Shown here in pieces: positions 13,125 to 25,506 of a stretch of 64,000 nt of DNA. Location: the NCBI GenBank assembly GCA_002269645.1, contig NIVC01001183.1, forward strand, positions 1 to 64,000, in the 5' to 3' direction. A model generated the notes under the pieces. It was not told the origin of the DNA, made no database searches, and was given only the letters and a program-made list of their open reading frames with translations. Each line of letters starts with the position of its first letter. Position 1 is the stretch's first letter. This DNA comes from Macrostomum lignano. Its lineage: Eukaryota. The position numbers and the translations under genes are program-made.

Positions 13125-14160
13125 GTGATAAGTGGAGGATGGCATCCCTGAAGTATTTGATTTGAGAGTGGCATCCCTGAAGTAATTGATTTGAGAGTGG
13201 CATCCCTGAAGTAATTGATTTGAGAGCGGCATCCCTGAAGTAATTGATTTGAGAGTGGCATCCCTGAAGTAATTGATTTGAGAGCGGCATCCCTGAAGTA
13301 ATTGATTTGAGAGTGGCATCCCTGAAGTAATTGATTTAAGAGTGGCATCCCTGAAAGTATTTGATTTGAGAGTGGCATCCCTGAAGTAATTGATTTGAGA
13401 GTGGCATCCCTGAAGTAATTGATTTGAGGGTGGCATCCCTGAAGTAATTGATTTGAGAGTGGCATCCCTGAAGTAATTGATTTGAGAGTGGCATCCCTGA
13501 AAGTAATTGATTTGAGAGTGGCATCCCTGAAGTAATTGATTTGAGAGTGGCATCCCTGAAGTAATTGATTTGAGGGTGGCATCCCTGAAGTAATTGATTT
13601 GAGAGTGGCATCCCTGAAGTAATTGATTTGAGAGCGGCATCCCTGAAGTAATTGATTTGAGGGTAGTGGCTTCCCTTAAGTGATTGAGTGGAGGGTGGTG
13701 GCATCCCTGAAGAGCTTAGCTGAGGGCTAGTGACATCCCTGAAGAGCTTGGCTGAGGGATAGTGACATCCCTGAAGAGCTTGGCTGAGGGCTAGTGGTGT
13801 CCCTGAGGAGCTTGACTGAGGGCTAGTGGCATCCCTGAAGAGCTTGGCTGAGGGCTAGTGACATCCCTGAAGAGCTTGGCTGAGGGCTAGTGACATCCCT
13901 GAAGAGCTTGGCTGAGGGCTAGTGGCGTCCCTGAAGAGCTTGGCTGAGGGCTAGTGGCGTCCCTGAAGAGCTTGACTGAGGGCTAGTGGCATCCCTGAAG
14001 AGCTTGGCTGAGGGCTAGTGACATCCCTGAAGAGCTTGGCTGAGGGCTAGTGACATCCCTGAAGAGCTTGGCTGAGGTCTAGTGGCGTCCCTGAAGAGCT
14101 TGGCTGAGGGCTAGTGGCGTCCCTGAAGAGCTTGGCTGAGGGCTAGTGGCATCCCTGAAG
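13125..14160. repeat. Two adjoining minisatellites sharing a catccctgaag core: 29-bp unit (to ~13700), then ~31-bp unit
   Basis: ggcatccctgaagtaattgatttgagagt, then catccctgaagagcttggctgagggctagt. Confidence 0.96.
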
Positions 14161-14779
14161 CATTTCATGAGTTGTTAGTTTTCCGCATTAAAAACTAACG
14201 ACTCCCAGTTTTTTATAGTGAATTTGTACACGCATGAGTCATGCTCCATATTTATTGAAACCTTATCCTTTATTAATTGCAGTTCAGTAGATTGTGAAGC
14301 GCAGCTATCTGCTGTTTCTCTTAAAGATTAGCCGCCGGCTCTTTGCCGGTTTGGCTTCTTCAAGAGATCCGGGATTTTTGTGAGTTGCAAATTAGCCATT
14401 TTTGTTTGCCTTGACCAGTTAGATTTATGTACATGTCGCTCCTTATCTCTTCAGGATTAGATTGTAGAAGAATTCGTGCGTCACTGTACGCTCCTACATT
14501 ATTTAAGTCTAAAAGCTCCTTATTTAGTTTGGGTTGTACAGAGCCAAGAAAGATTCTGTCTGTATCCGTCTGGCTTTTAAACTCAATTTAAGAGCATGTT
14601 CTAAACGGGTGTATGATACGAGAGATTGCTATATAACTACTAATTACGAGCTAATCATACAGTAGAGTATTAATTCTGGTAAGTGCTAACATCTTTGACC
14701 ATTTTTTTATTTTTATTGAGTTTTTATAAGTGCCTTTTCTAGAAATATTCGGATAGGTGGAATGATGCTGTATACGAGT

Positions 14780-15420
14780 GAGATAGTGAGACTGTGAGAC
14801 GGAGAGTGAGATAATTATACGGAGAGTGAGATAGTGAGATTGAGAGTGAGATTAGTTGGATTGAGAGTGAGATAGACAGAGAGTGAGATAGTAAGACAGA
14901 GAGTGAGATAGTAAGACAGAGAGTGAGATAGTAAGACAGAGAGTGAGATAGTAAGACAGAGAGTGAGATAGTGAGACAGAGAGATAGAGAGTGAGATAGT
15001 GAGACGGAGAGGGAGATAGTGAGACGGAGATTGAGATAAATTGAGAGTGAGATAGTAAGGCAGAGAGTGAGATAGTGAGACGGAGTGAGACAGAGACGGA
15101 GAGTGAGATAGATTGACAGTGAGATAATAAGACAGAGAGTGAGATAGTGAGACGGAGTGAGACAGAGACGGAGAGTGAGATAGATTGACAGTGAGAAAAT
15201 AAGACAGAGAGTGAGATAGTGAGACGGAGAGGGAGATAGTGTGACGGAGAGGGAGATAGTGAGACGGAGAGTGAGATAGTGAGACGGAGAGGGAGATAGG
15301 GAGATAGTGAGGTGGGATCAGATACTGAGTGGGAGTTGGGATGCTGAGATAGTGAGGTTGGTAAATGGGGGTGAGATAATGAGATGGGGAGTGAGATATT
15401 GAAATGGGGGTGAGACGTTA
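14780..15420. repeat. Purine-rich ~20-bp minisatellite gagagtgagatagt(a/g)agac
   Basis: Tandem copies that degenerate at the ends. Confidence 0.9.
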
Positions 15421-15759
15421 ATGCAAAAATGGAATATCAGAATCTACTAATATTTGAAAGCTGTGAGCTGGAAAAGAGAACCGACTACTTTCTTCATATA
15501 CTCGTAATTTACGGGTATGGAATAATGCTCTTGCATGTGCGTTGCCTCCAAGTTCGCAAAAACGCCATTTAGCTATAGCTAAACAGCTCAAATCTCTGCA
15601 CTCACGTTAGTTCTGGAGATAACAAAATTACAGACTTCACTGACTGCCACTAATTTTCTGTCTATTTTATGTACTTTCGAATTTGACTGCAAATTGGAAC
15701 GTGCGTTGATAAGGGCCTGGCTCGGTTAAATTCTTCGGATTTTTAATACGGAGAGAAAT

Positions 15760-16350
15760 GGAGACAGAGAGGGGTGCAGGGGGAGTAAGAAAGATACAGG
15801 GAGGGTAAGAGAGATGCAGGGCGAGTTAGGGAGACAGATGCAGGGAGAATAAGAGAGATGCAGGGAGAGATGCAGGGAGAGTAAGAGAGATGCAGGGAGA
15901 GTAAGAGAGATGCAGGGAGAGTAAGAGAGATGCAGGGAGAGATGCAGGGAGAGTAAGAGAGATGCAGGGAGAGATGCAGGGAGAGTAAGAGAGATGCAGG
16001 GAGAGATGCAGGGAGAGTAAGAGAGATGCAGGGAGAGTAAGGGAGATGCAGGGAGAGTAAGAGAGATGCAGGGAGAGATGCAGGGAGAGTAAGAGAGATG
16101 CAGGGAGAGATGCAGGGAGAGTAAGAGAGATACAGGGAGAGTAAGGAGATGCAGGGATCAGGTAAGAGAGATGCAGGGAGAGTATGGGTGACAGATGTAG
16201 GAAGAGTAAGAGATTTAGACAGAGGAAAGGAGAGGATGCAGGGAGACTAAGGGAGACAGATGCAGGGAGAGTAAGATTTATAGAGAGGAAAGGAGAGGGT
16301 GCAGGGAGAGTATGGGAGATAGATGCTTTGTGAACAAGTTAGATAGAAGA
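15760..16350. repeat. Purine-rich 12/20-bp minisatellite gatgcagggaga(gtaagaga)
   Basis: Tandem copies upstream of the TMC gene. Confidence 0.92.
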
Positions 16351-16554
16351 AAAAATGGGGAGATATAGGGAGAAAAAAGTAGTGACATGTAGGGAGCGAA
16401 GGCGTACCTAGAGGACGCCAGTCTCTATGTATGTATGCGTGTGTGTAGTATCTTATCCGACCCAGATCGATGCAATCGTGTTCATTTTGTCATTTTTCAG
16501 ACGCCCCGTTTATCTGGCCGAGTCTTGTAAATCCTAGCTGTGCCAAACCTAACT

Positions 16555-17875
16555 ATGGAATTTTCGCCCGATGAGAACGAGGTCGTTGGTTCGAGTCCGC
16601 TCAACCAGCAGGACCAACTGGACGATTCGATAGTCTCAGCGCTGCCAGGCGAGTCAGACAGGAAATTCCTCAATTCGCTCAGCGTTCGCAAGAAACGACG
16701 CGACAGGCGCCGACTGCAGGAGCTGCTGGAGGCTGGCGAGGATGTCGACGATGTTGTCGATGCTGCCGAGGCCGAAGCGAGCACGTCGGCAGCGCCGCTG
16801 CTGGTGTCGGCGGCCGAGGCCGCCTCGCCTGCGGAGCTGGAGGAGGGCGAGGCAGCTCAGCCGCCGCCGCCGCCGGCGGAGTTCGGCAGCGGAGACACGG
16901 TGGCCGCTCAGCAGACAGCCGCTGAGCTGGTGCAGGACCAGATCGACGCCCTGCCGTCTATGGTGGCGCATATGGAGGGCCGGCGGTCGGAGAGGTGCGC
17001 TGTGGGGATTGGGATCTTTGCGGTGTGGGATTCTTTAGCGTTAGATTGGTTGTTGGGGGGTTAGGTAGCTTGCAATTAGGGGGAGTTATGTTGATTTCTA
17101 ACTATGGAAGATTTAGGTAGATTCCTAATTAAGGAGATTTAGGTAGGTTCCTAATTAGGGAGGTTTAGGTAAATTTCTAATTAGGAAGATTTAGGTAGAT
17201 TCTTTTTAGAAACATTTAGGTTGATTCCTAATTAGGGGTAATTTTTGTAGATTCTAATTGGGTGATATTCAATCCTCCCCCCCATTGCGCAGGCAGAACC
17301 TGCAGTACCGGATGCGCACCATAGCCGTGAAGCTGCCAGCCAGGAAGCGAGCCAGGCAGTCCATTGAAAAGTTTCACACCAGCCTGTCGGACGTATTCGC
17401 TAACGCATTCGACATGTTCACCCTGGGCCTGTACAGGTCGAGTTTCCGCTCTATTGAAGGCAAATTCGGGGCCGGATGCGCCTCGTATTTCTCATTCATT
17501 CGCTGGCTGTTCGTATTCAACCTGGCATTGTCCTGCATCGTGTTTGGCGGCTGCGTGTTCCCCTATTTGATTGTGCGCAACGATTTAAACTTTGAGGCCA
17601 CAATGCCGGCGGAGATTCTACTGGACGATCCAGTCGCGGCCGCCACCCAGCCGGACATGCGGCTGGCCGTCCGGTGCTCCCGGCTGGTTCATGACCGGGC
17701 TGCCAATCTCAGTCAGCAGACTGCCCTGGCTGCGGTGACCGATTTATTCACTGGCGGGGTGAGCTGAGGGAGATGTTGTTCTGTATGTGTTGCTTTTTTC
17801 TTAGAATCCGGCCCTCGGGTCCTTTGAAACTTCACAATAGCAGTCTGGCCCGCTCAGGGTTTTTGTCTCTCTTAG

Positions 17876-17912
<37 letters not shown>

Positions 17913-20900
17913 CTTCTCTCTCTGTCTTCTCTCTGGCAAATTTGTCTTTCTATGAAATGCAAAGTCTTTAACATTAGCCGTCTTATAGAAACTCATCTTT
18001 CTAAGACACCAGTTTATTTTGTAGAAAAACGTCTATCGACAACTTCAAAGACCAGTGTTTAGAGATGTAGCTTTCTTCTTCTCTTATACGATTTGGGTAT
18101 TTCTAAGAAACGATTAATTATAATTAGGGACCAGTTTTCGAGAAACGATAATACTAAAGGCTCTTTTGTAATGAAAGTATATTTATTAATATGCGACTTG
18201 ATAAACAACGTATAGCATGTGACAAAACTATGTTGTAACAAGCTAAGATAGCATTAAATCAAATTAGTTAATTTATAGCACTAAACATTAAGTTCACAAG
18301 CATGTCATAAAATTAGTCGATTAGTTTATATTTTATTGAATAATTATTATTATTCAAGTATATTAGCGTATAAGTCAAACTGGGGGCTTGCTGGTTGCTG
18401 GGTGCTTTTGGCTTGCATTGCAATAATTACGAGTATTAATGAAACGATAATGCTTCCATGCAGGACACTGGACAGGCAGATAAAAACTCTCCCATGTTCC
18501 TCAGCTGATGCCCCACACCCATCGGTCAACCCCTCAGCTGATGCCCCAAACCCATCGGTCACCCCCTCAGCTGATGCCCCACACCCATCGGTCAACCCCT
18601 CAGCTGATGCCCCAAACCCATCGGTCACCCCCTCAGCTGATGCCCCACACCCATCGGTCACCCCCTCAGCTGATGCCCCACACCCATCGGTCAACCCCTC
18701 AGCTGATGTCCCAAACCCATCGGTCACCCCCTCAGCTGATGCCCCAAACCCATCGGTCACCCCCTCAGCTGATGCCCCACACCCATCGGTCAACCCCTCA
18801 GCTGATGCCCCAAACCCATCGGTCACCCCCTCAGCTGATGCCCCACACCCATCGGTCAACCCCTCAGCTGATGCCCCAAACCCATCGGTCACCCCCTCAG
18901 CTGATGCCCCAGACCCATCGGTCACCCCCTCAGCTGATGCCCCACACCCATCGGTCACCCCACTCAGCTGATCTCCCAGTCCCATCGGTCACCCCACTCA
19001 GCTGATGCCCCACACCCATCAGTCACCCCCCTCAGCTGATGCCCCACACCCATCGGTCACCCCACTCAGCTGATCTCCCAGTCCCATCGGTCACCCCACT
19101 CAGCTGATGCCCCACACCCATCAGTCACCCCCCTCAGCTGATGCCCCACACCCATCAGTCACCCCCCTCAGCTGATGCCCCACAGGACAAGAGGATTCGG
19201 GGTCCACGGGGGTGAGAGGGTAAGGGGTGAGGTTTTGGGACGCTGCCATTGGACAAGAGGATACCGGATTCACCGTTTATTCTAGAATCAACATTCTAGA
19301 AGGGAAACCCGTTGGTTTTCTATTTTTAGAGTACATCCCAAAGTACAGTCCCGTCCAGCCCACCGTGGACCGACCAGTGCTTTTTCTTGGTTTTCTTTTC
19401 TTTTTTCCCTGCTATCTAGTCTGTTGTTAATGCCCTGCTTTTTGTTCTCTCCCCTCTCTTGACAACAAAGGCTCCTGGAAGAGCTCTCATGTTGAACACG
19501 TTTGAACTATGTCATTGCAACTTAAGAGTAAATTAAGCCGCATTAATCTATCTTACGAGCTATCTTATCAACGCTCAACACACGCGCAGGGCTGGATGCT
19601 CACAGTGCCAATATTTCTGGGCTCATATTTCAACAAATCCGAGGCAGCGTTCGAGAATTCTACTGATTTAGAATCAGTAGTATATAAAGGACATTTCAAC
19701 ACGCCCGTGGCCATGCTAATTATGCTAATCGGATTGATCGCCTGCGGTGTCGGCGCCGCTTTGAGCACTTCTAATTCGCTTTATCGAAAGATACTCAAGG
19801 TACCAAATCAGATTTGATTGTTTATATGACTTTTAGTAGCACCTTTGTAGCTTTAAGCTAGATTGCTCATTCTTAGAATCTCGGTGCTCTGTGCCATTTT
19901 ACTTCATCAGTGCCATTTTACCTCTTCATCAGTGCCATTCCCCCCATCAGTGCCATTTTACCTCTTTATCAGTGCCATTCCCCCCATTAGTGCCATTCCC
20001 CCCATCAGTGCCATTTTTCCTGCCCTATCAGGGGCATTTTACCTCTTCATCAATGCCATTTCCTCCATCAGTGCCATTTTGCCCCAGCCCCATCAGTGCC
20101 ATTTTGCCCCAGCCCCATCAGTGCCATTTTGCCCCAGCCCCATCAGTGCCATTGTAGCTTTATCAGTGCCATTGTACCCCCATCAGGCCATTTTACCTTT
20201 TCAGTGCCATTTACCCCCATCAGCGCCATTTGACTCCCTATCAGTGCCATTGTATCCTTTATCAGTGCCACTTTGCCCCATCAGTGCCAATTAAGGCCAC
20301 CATCAGTGCCAATTAGGGCTACCATCAGTGCCATTTAGGGCCACCATCAGTGCCATTTAGGACCACCATCAGTGCCATTTAGGACCACCATCAGTGCCAA
20401 TTAGGGCCACCATCAGTGCCATTTAGGGCCACCATCAGTGCCATTTAGGGCCACCATCAGTGCCATTTAGGACCACCATCAGTGCCATTTAGGACCACCA
20501 TCAGTGCCATTTAGGACCACCATCATTGTTATTTTATCCCTTATCAGTGCTATTTTGCCCCCCATCAGTGCCATTTTGAGCGCCATCCCGCTGAGCAAAG
20601 CCACCCCTCTCGCGCAGGCATCCTCAAGCAGCGGCAGCTCCCGCAGCGCCTCGAAGCTGTCAGCCGAGCTGTTCACCGCCTGGGACTGCGGCCTGCGAGC
20701 GGAGAAGGCGGCCCGGCTCCGTCGAAGGACCATCGCGATGCGGCTGCACAGCGTCGTGCTGCATCTGCAGTTGAAAGCCCGCTCGAGATCGGCCGCTACT
20801 CTGGTTGCTAGGGCTCTGGCTAACCTAGCAACCGTGGGATTATTCTGCGCTGCCGCCTATTTGATCTACTTTGCCATCGAATCGCAGAGCCGGCTGAACA

Positions 20901-22116
20901 GATAGTGAGGGCTGGAATGGGGACATTGTTCGGGATAAAAATCCCTAATTCTTCTTTGGGATAAATAGAATCCTACGAGATTATAAATTAATCCTCTGAG
21001 TTAATGGGGTATTTTGGGGGAATAAATCCAATAAATGATGGGATAATTTGGGGAATAAATCCAATGAATGATGGGATGATTTGGGGGAATAAATCATATG
21101 GGACGATGGGATAATTTGGGGAATAAATCCTATGGGACGTTGGGATAATTTGGAAATAAATCCTATGGGATGATGGGATAATTTGGAAATAAATCCTCTG
21201 AGACAATAAGATAATTCTTCAACTCCCAACTCCAGCTTCTCCAACAGCCGCGACCTCTCCGCTCCGCTCCGCCTTCTAATCGACCTGATGCCCCAGCTCA
21301 CCATCAGCCTCATCAACGTAGCCGTGCCCCTAGTTCTGGGCAAGCTGATCATATTCGAGTATTACTCGGCATCGGTTGAAATCCTCGTACAGCTGGGCCG
21401 GGTTGTCTTCCTCAAGCTGCTGTCGTTTGCCACGCTGATTATCACGACGGGCAGCGTGGTGCTGTCCTGCTCTGTTCAACAGCGGGACAGCTGCGGCAAC
21501 TGCCCGGGCGTTGAGAGCCTCTGCTGGGAGACCTACGTTGGCCAGCAGATGTACAGGACTCTGGTCATCGATGTGCTCATCTGCCTGCTGGTCACGCCCG
21601 CTCTGGATGCTCTGCGATGGGCGCTCAGCGTTAAAGTTGGCGGCCGGGTGTGCAGCAAGGTGCGGCCGTGTATACCTCTCACTCTACTTCTCACTTCTCT
21701 CTACCTCTCAGTCTTCTCTCTACCTCTCAGTCTTCTCTCTACTTCTCACTTCTCTCTACCTCTCAGTCTTCTCTCTACCTCTCAGTCTTCTCTCTACCTC
21801 TCAGTCTTCTCTCTACCTCTCACTCTTCTCTCTACTTCTCACTTCTCTCTACCTCTCACTCTTCTCTCTACCTCTCACTCTTCTCTCTACCTCTCACTCC
21901 TCTCTACCCCTCACTCTTCTCTCTACCTCTCACTCTTCTCTCTACTTCTCACTTCTCTCTACCTCTCAGTCTTCTCTCTACCTCTCAGTCTTCTCTCTAC
22001 CTCTCACTTCTCTCTACCTCACTCCACTTCTCTCCATCTCTCCATCTCTAACTCTACCCCTCTCTACCTATCACTTTACTGTCTCTGTACCTCTCACTAC
22101 CCTCTCACTGTACCTG

Positions 22117-22185
<69 letters not shown>

Positions 22186-23998
22186 CTCTCTCTCTACCCT
22201 TTCTCTACCTCTCACTTTACTTTCGCTCTACCTCTGTCCTCACTCCCTCTACATCTCATGTCTCTTTGCCTTTTGTCGCCGACTACTTTTCATTTTTCTT
22301 ATACGAGTATTCCTCTCATTTCCTTATCTAACCTTTCACACCGCAGGTGCCCCAGTCTGAGCTGCTAATCAGCAACGAAGTCCTGGGCCTGGTGTACCGC
22401 CAGTCTGTGTGCTTCATCGGGGCATTCTTCTGCCCTGTCATTCTGCCCATCGCCTGCCTGTCCTACGGCCTTCTGTTCCAGGTTAAACGGGTGAGGATTA
22501 AAGCTTTTCTGATAATGCGTGTTTCCAACCCGTAATATTGTCGACTCAGTGACTTTTTCGTCTGACGATGATTTACAACTTATTCTTCTATGTTTGGGGT
22601 TTTTACTCCCCGATTCGGGAAATCTACCATTTGTGATTTTGATCCCCAAATTTGGAAATCTACCACTTGGGATTTTGATCCCCAAATTTGGAAATCTACC
22701 ATTTGGGATTTTGATCCCCAAATTCGGGAAATCTACCACTTGGGATTTTGATCCCCAAATTTGGAAATCTACCATTTGGGATTTTGATCCCCAAATTCGG
22801 GAAATCTACCACTTGGGATTTTGATCCCCAAATTTGGAAATCTACCACTTGGGATTTTGATCCCCCAATTTGGAAATCTACCATTTGGGATTTTGATCCC
22901 CAAATTCGGGAAATCTACCACTTGGGATTTTGATCCCCAAATTTGGAAATCTACCACTTGGGATTTTGATCCCCAAATTTGGAAATCTACCACTTGGGAT
23001 TTTGATCCCCCAATTTGGAAATCTACCATTTGGGATTTTGATCCCCAAATTCGGGAAATCTACCACTTGGGATTTTGATCCCCAAATTTGGAAATCTACC
23101 ACTTGGGATTTTGATCCCCCAATTTGGAAATCTCCATTTGGGATTTTGATGTCCAAATTCGGGAAATCTCTACCATTTGGAATTTTGATCCCCAAATTGG
23201 AAATCTCTACCATTTGGGAATTCGTTCCCCAAATTCGGGAAATCTCTACCATTTGGGATTTCGATCCCTAAATTGAGAAATCTCTACCACTGGAGATCTG
23301 ATCCCCCCTACAATCCGTTTTAAGACTCTCTGAGCCTCATAATTGCGCCCAACCCGCAGTTCACACTCCGGTTTGTCCGGGTCAGCAACAAGTCCTTCCG
23401 CGCTTCCCGACTCGAGCGCTTCTTCCTAGACGTCCTGCTGCTGTTCCTCTTTGTGCTACTGATGCCTCTGACCATCTGCGTACTGCACTTTCACCCGTCC
23501 AGAGGCTGCGGCCCTTTTCGGGTCCACCAGACCCCGTCAGACTACCACATGGCCAATACCCTCACCAACTGGGTGATGTGGAGCAACTCGGACTTCGCCA
23601 AGCTGGTGTATACCTACACTGTGCTCAACCAAACCACTCATTTGCTTACCCTGCTGCTACTACTGTGAGTAGCTTGTTTATCAGTTTAATTTCATTCTTC
23701 TAATTTAATATCAACCACTCCCTGTCGAATATCTTGCAGGGTGTTCACCTATTTCTTTTATTCGGTGATCAAGGCCAGGGACACTTTAATTGCTTTTCTC
23801 GAACGGAAATTACAGAGTGTAAGTGCTACTGCTGATACTACTGCTGCTGTTACTACTGCTATTACTACTACTACTACTACTACTTCCAATACTACCAATA
23901 CTGCTACTAATACTACTACCACAGCTACTATTAATAATAATATTACTGCTACTACTACTAACTGCTATTACTGCTACTACTACTAACTGCTATTACTG

Positions 23999-24037
<39 letters not shown>

Positions 24038-24084
24038 ACTGCTACTACTACTAACTGCTATTACTGCTACTACTACTACTACTG

Positions 24085-24120
<36 letters not shown>

Positions 24121-24339
24121 ACTACTACTACTACTACTACCAATACTTCTACTAATAATAGTACTACAGCTACTACTAATAATAATAATAATACTGCTAC
24201 TACCAATAACGTAATACTACTACTCTTACACAAATAGCCGCCATTTGAACCCCAGTTGCATTTTACTAAACTGCAGGAGTCGAGAATCAAGCTGGAACTC
24301 GCTAACCGAGAGCTGCAGCTGCAGAAGATGGGGCACTGA
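16555..24339 (+). CDS. Transmembrane channel-like (TMC) family protein, TMC4-8/TMC7-like, 9 exons: 16555-16994, 17293-17758, 19590-19799, 20618-20904, 21236-21659, 22347-22490, 23360-23664, 23740-23818, 24277-24339
   Basis: TMC hallmarks: IEGKFGAGCASYFSFIRWL, LFTAWD, CWETYVGQQMY, EVLGLVYRQSVCFIGAFFCP, FRASR, PSRGCGPFR. The junctions I traced are GT-AG and phase-compatible. The paralog assignment is uncertain. Confidence 0.92.
17050..17260. repeat. Degenerate tttaggtagattcctaattagg repeat in TMC intron 1
   Basis: Several imperfect copies. Confidence 0.7.
18500..19185. repeat. 33-bp minisatellite ctcagctgatgccccacacccatcggtca(a/c)ccc in TMC intron 2
   Basis: About 20 tandem copies; explains the PSADAPHPSVT pseudo-ORFs. 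Confidence 0.96.
19900..20580. repeat. ~20-bp catcagtgccatt-core minisatellite in TMC intron 3
   Basis: Repeated catcagtgccatt with varying linkers. Confidence 0.92.
20930..21210. repeat. Degenerate gggataatttggggaataaatcc repeat in TMC intron 4
   Basis: Imperfect tandem copies. Confidence 0.75.
21675..22260. repeat. 19-bp cttctctctacctctca(g/c)t minisatellite plus a (TC)n microsatellite in TMC intron 5
   Basis: Pyrimidine-rich tandem copies; (TC)n at ~22120-22195. Confidence 0.93.
22610..23300. repeat. ~36-37 bp minisatellite ggaaatctaccacttgggattttgatccccaaattt in TMC intron 6
   Basis: About 18 tandem copies. Confidence 0.95.
23822..24230. repeat. (TAC)n/(TGC) trinucleotide microsatellite in TMC intron 8
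   Basis: Long ACT/TAC runs. Confidence 0.95.
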
Positions 24340-25506
24340 GATTGTTTCGGCGTTTCTTTTGTGCGATCAACGATTCCTATTCAATGAAGTATTCTGTAAT
24401 TGCTAAAAACACAATTAAATTAACCAACCTGCTAGTCATCGCTTATTATAATCATTATTATTCATAATTTTACTCCCCTCCAAAGCATGATAGATTAACT
24501 AATAGTTTACATTTTATCTAAGCAGATATATAAGATTTATATAATTGATTCTCTCTGGGATGGAGTGTTTTTGTGTAAAGAAATTTTCCTGTATTCAAAC
24601 ACAGTGCTATTAGTGCTCTTACTGACTCGTTTTGCCTTGCTATTGTTTTATTACCGTTTTTATATATAAATTATATACATTGGAAATATTCTAACAAAAT
24701 CTGCTAGCCAATTGCCACTTAATGCTCGCTATGAACCAATCATGTTGCCGTAGCATTCGCTGTATTCTTTGTTTTTCTCGTACTTATTATATACTACTGG
24801 CAAATGAAACACGAATTGAACAGAAACCAATTTTTTTGCTTTTAGTAGACAAAATATTTAAAATTTCGCCGAGCACCTGTAACGGTCGAGCAGAGCCGTA
24901 TTTTTAATTAGATAATATTTTTAATATGATGAATTCAACTATTAGTAGACGCGCACATTTTTACACACTACTACAAGTAGTCTGGTCGGGTTATGTTAAG
25001 AATTTAGTGGAGCAAAAAGCCATTGGTTGAACAATAGACACAGCGCAGCACAATAATGATATGATACAACATAGGCTCCGCCTATTCCGGTAGACACAGC
25101 CCGTACCGATTTGATAAAAACAGGACTGAAGAGCGAAACGTCACGGCACAATGCTCATTAAATGTTACTTATATGTTACTTACAGTAGAGCTGTTTAGCA
25201 TGTGACCCTACAAATTCAAATAATAACAATAATAATAGAATAAATAAATAAGTACACAATGAACTTCCGTGTATATCGAAATCTCAGGGAGGGAAGGGGT
25301 AAATTAAGGAAACACAAGCGCGCAAATGCGATGGTTAGCCACAGTCTTGTCGGTTAGGAATTGTTATAAAAGTAGAGCGAGGACGCGCGCACACCGTTTC
25401 TTAGAAATACACTGCTATGATAGGAGCTTTTCTGAGAAACGAATGGTACCGTCCTACATAACTTGTCCATGCTGCTGTCATCAATCATCTATAGATAAGC
25501 TTGCAA

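Noticed and set aside
13023-13704. Repetitive minus-strand ORFs (MPLSNQLLQGCHSQINYFRD)
   Set aside because: Artefacts of the 29-bp array.
18336-19005. PSADAPHPSVT mucin-like ORF and its antisense counterpart
   Set aside because: 33-bp minisatellite inside TMC intron 2.
23741-24290. Poly-T/L/Y/S ORFs
   Set aside because: (TAC)n microsatellite in TMC intron 8.
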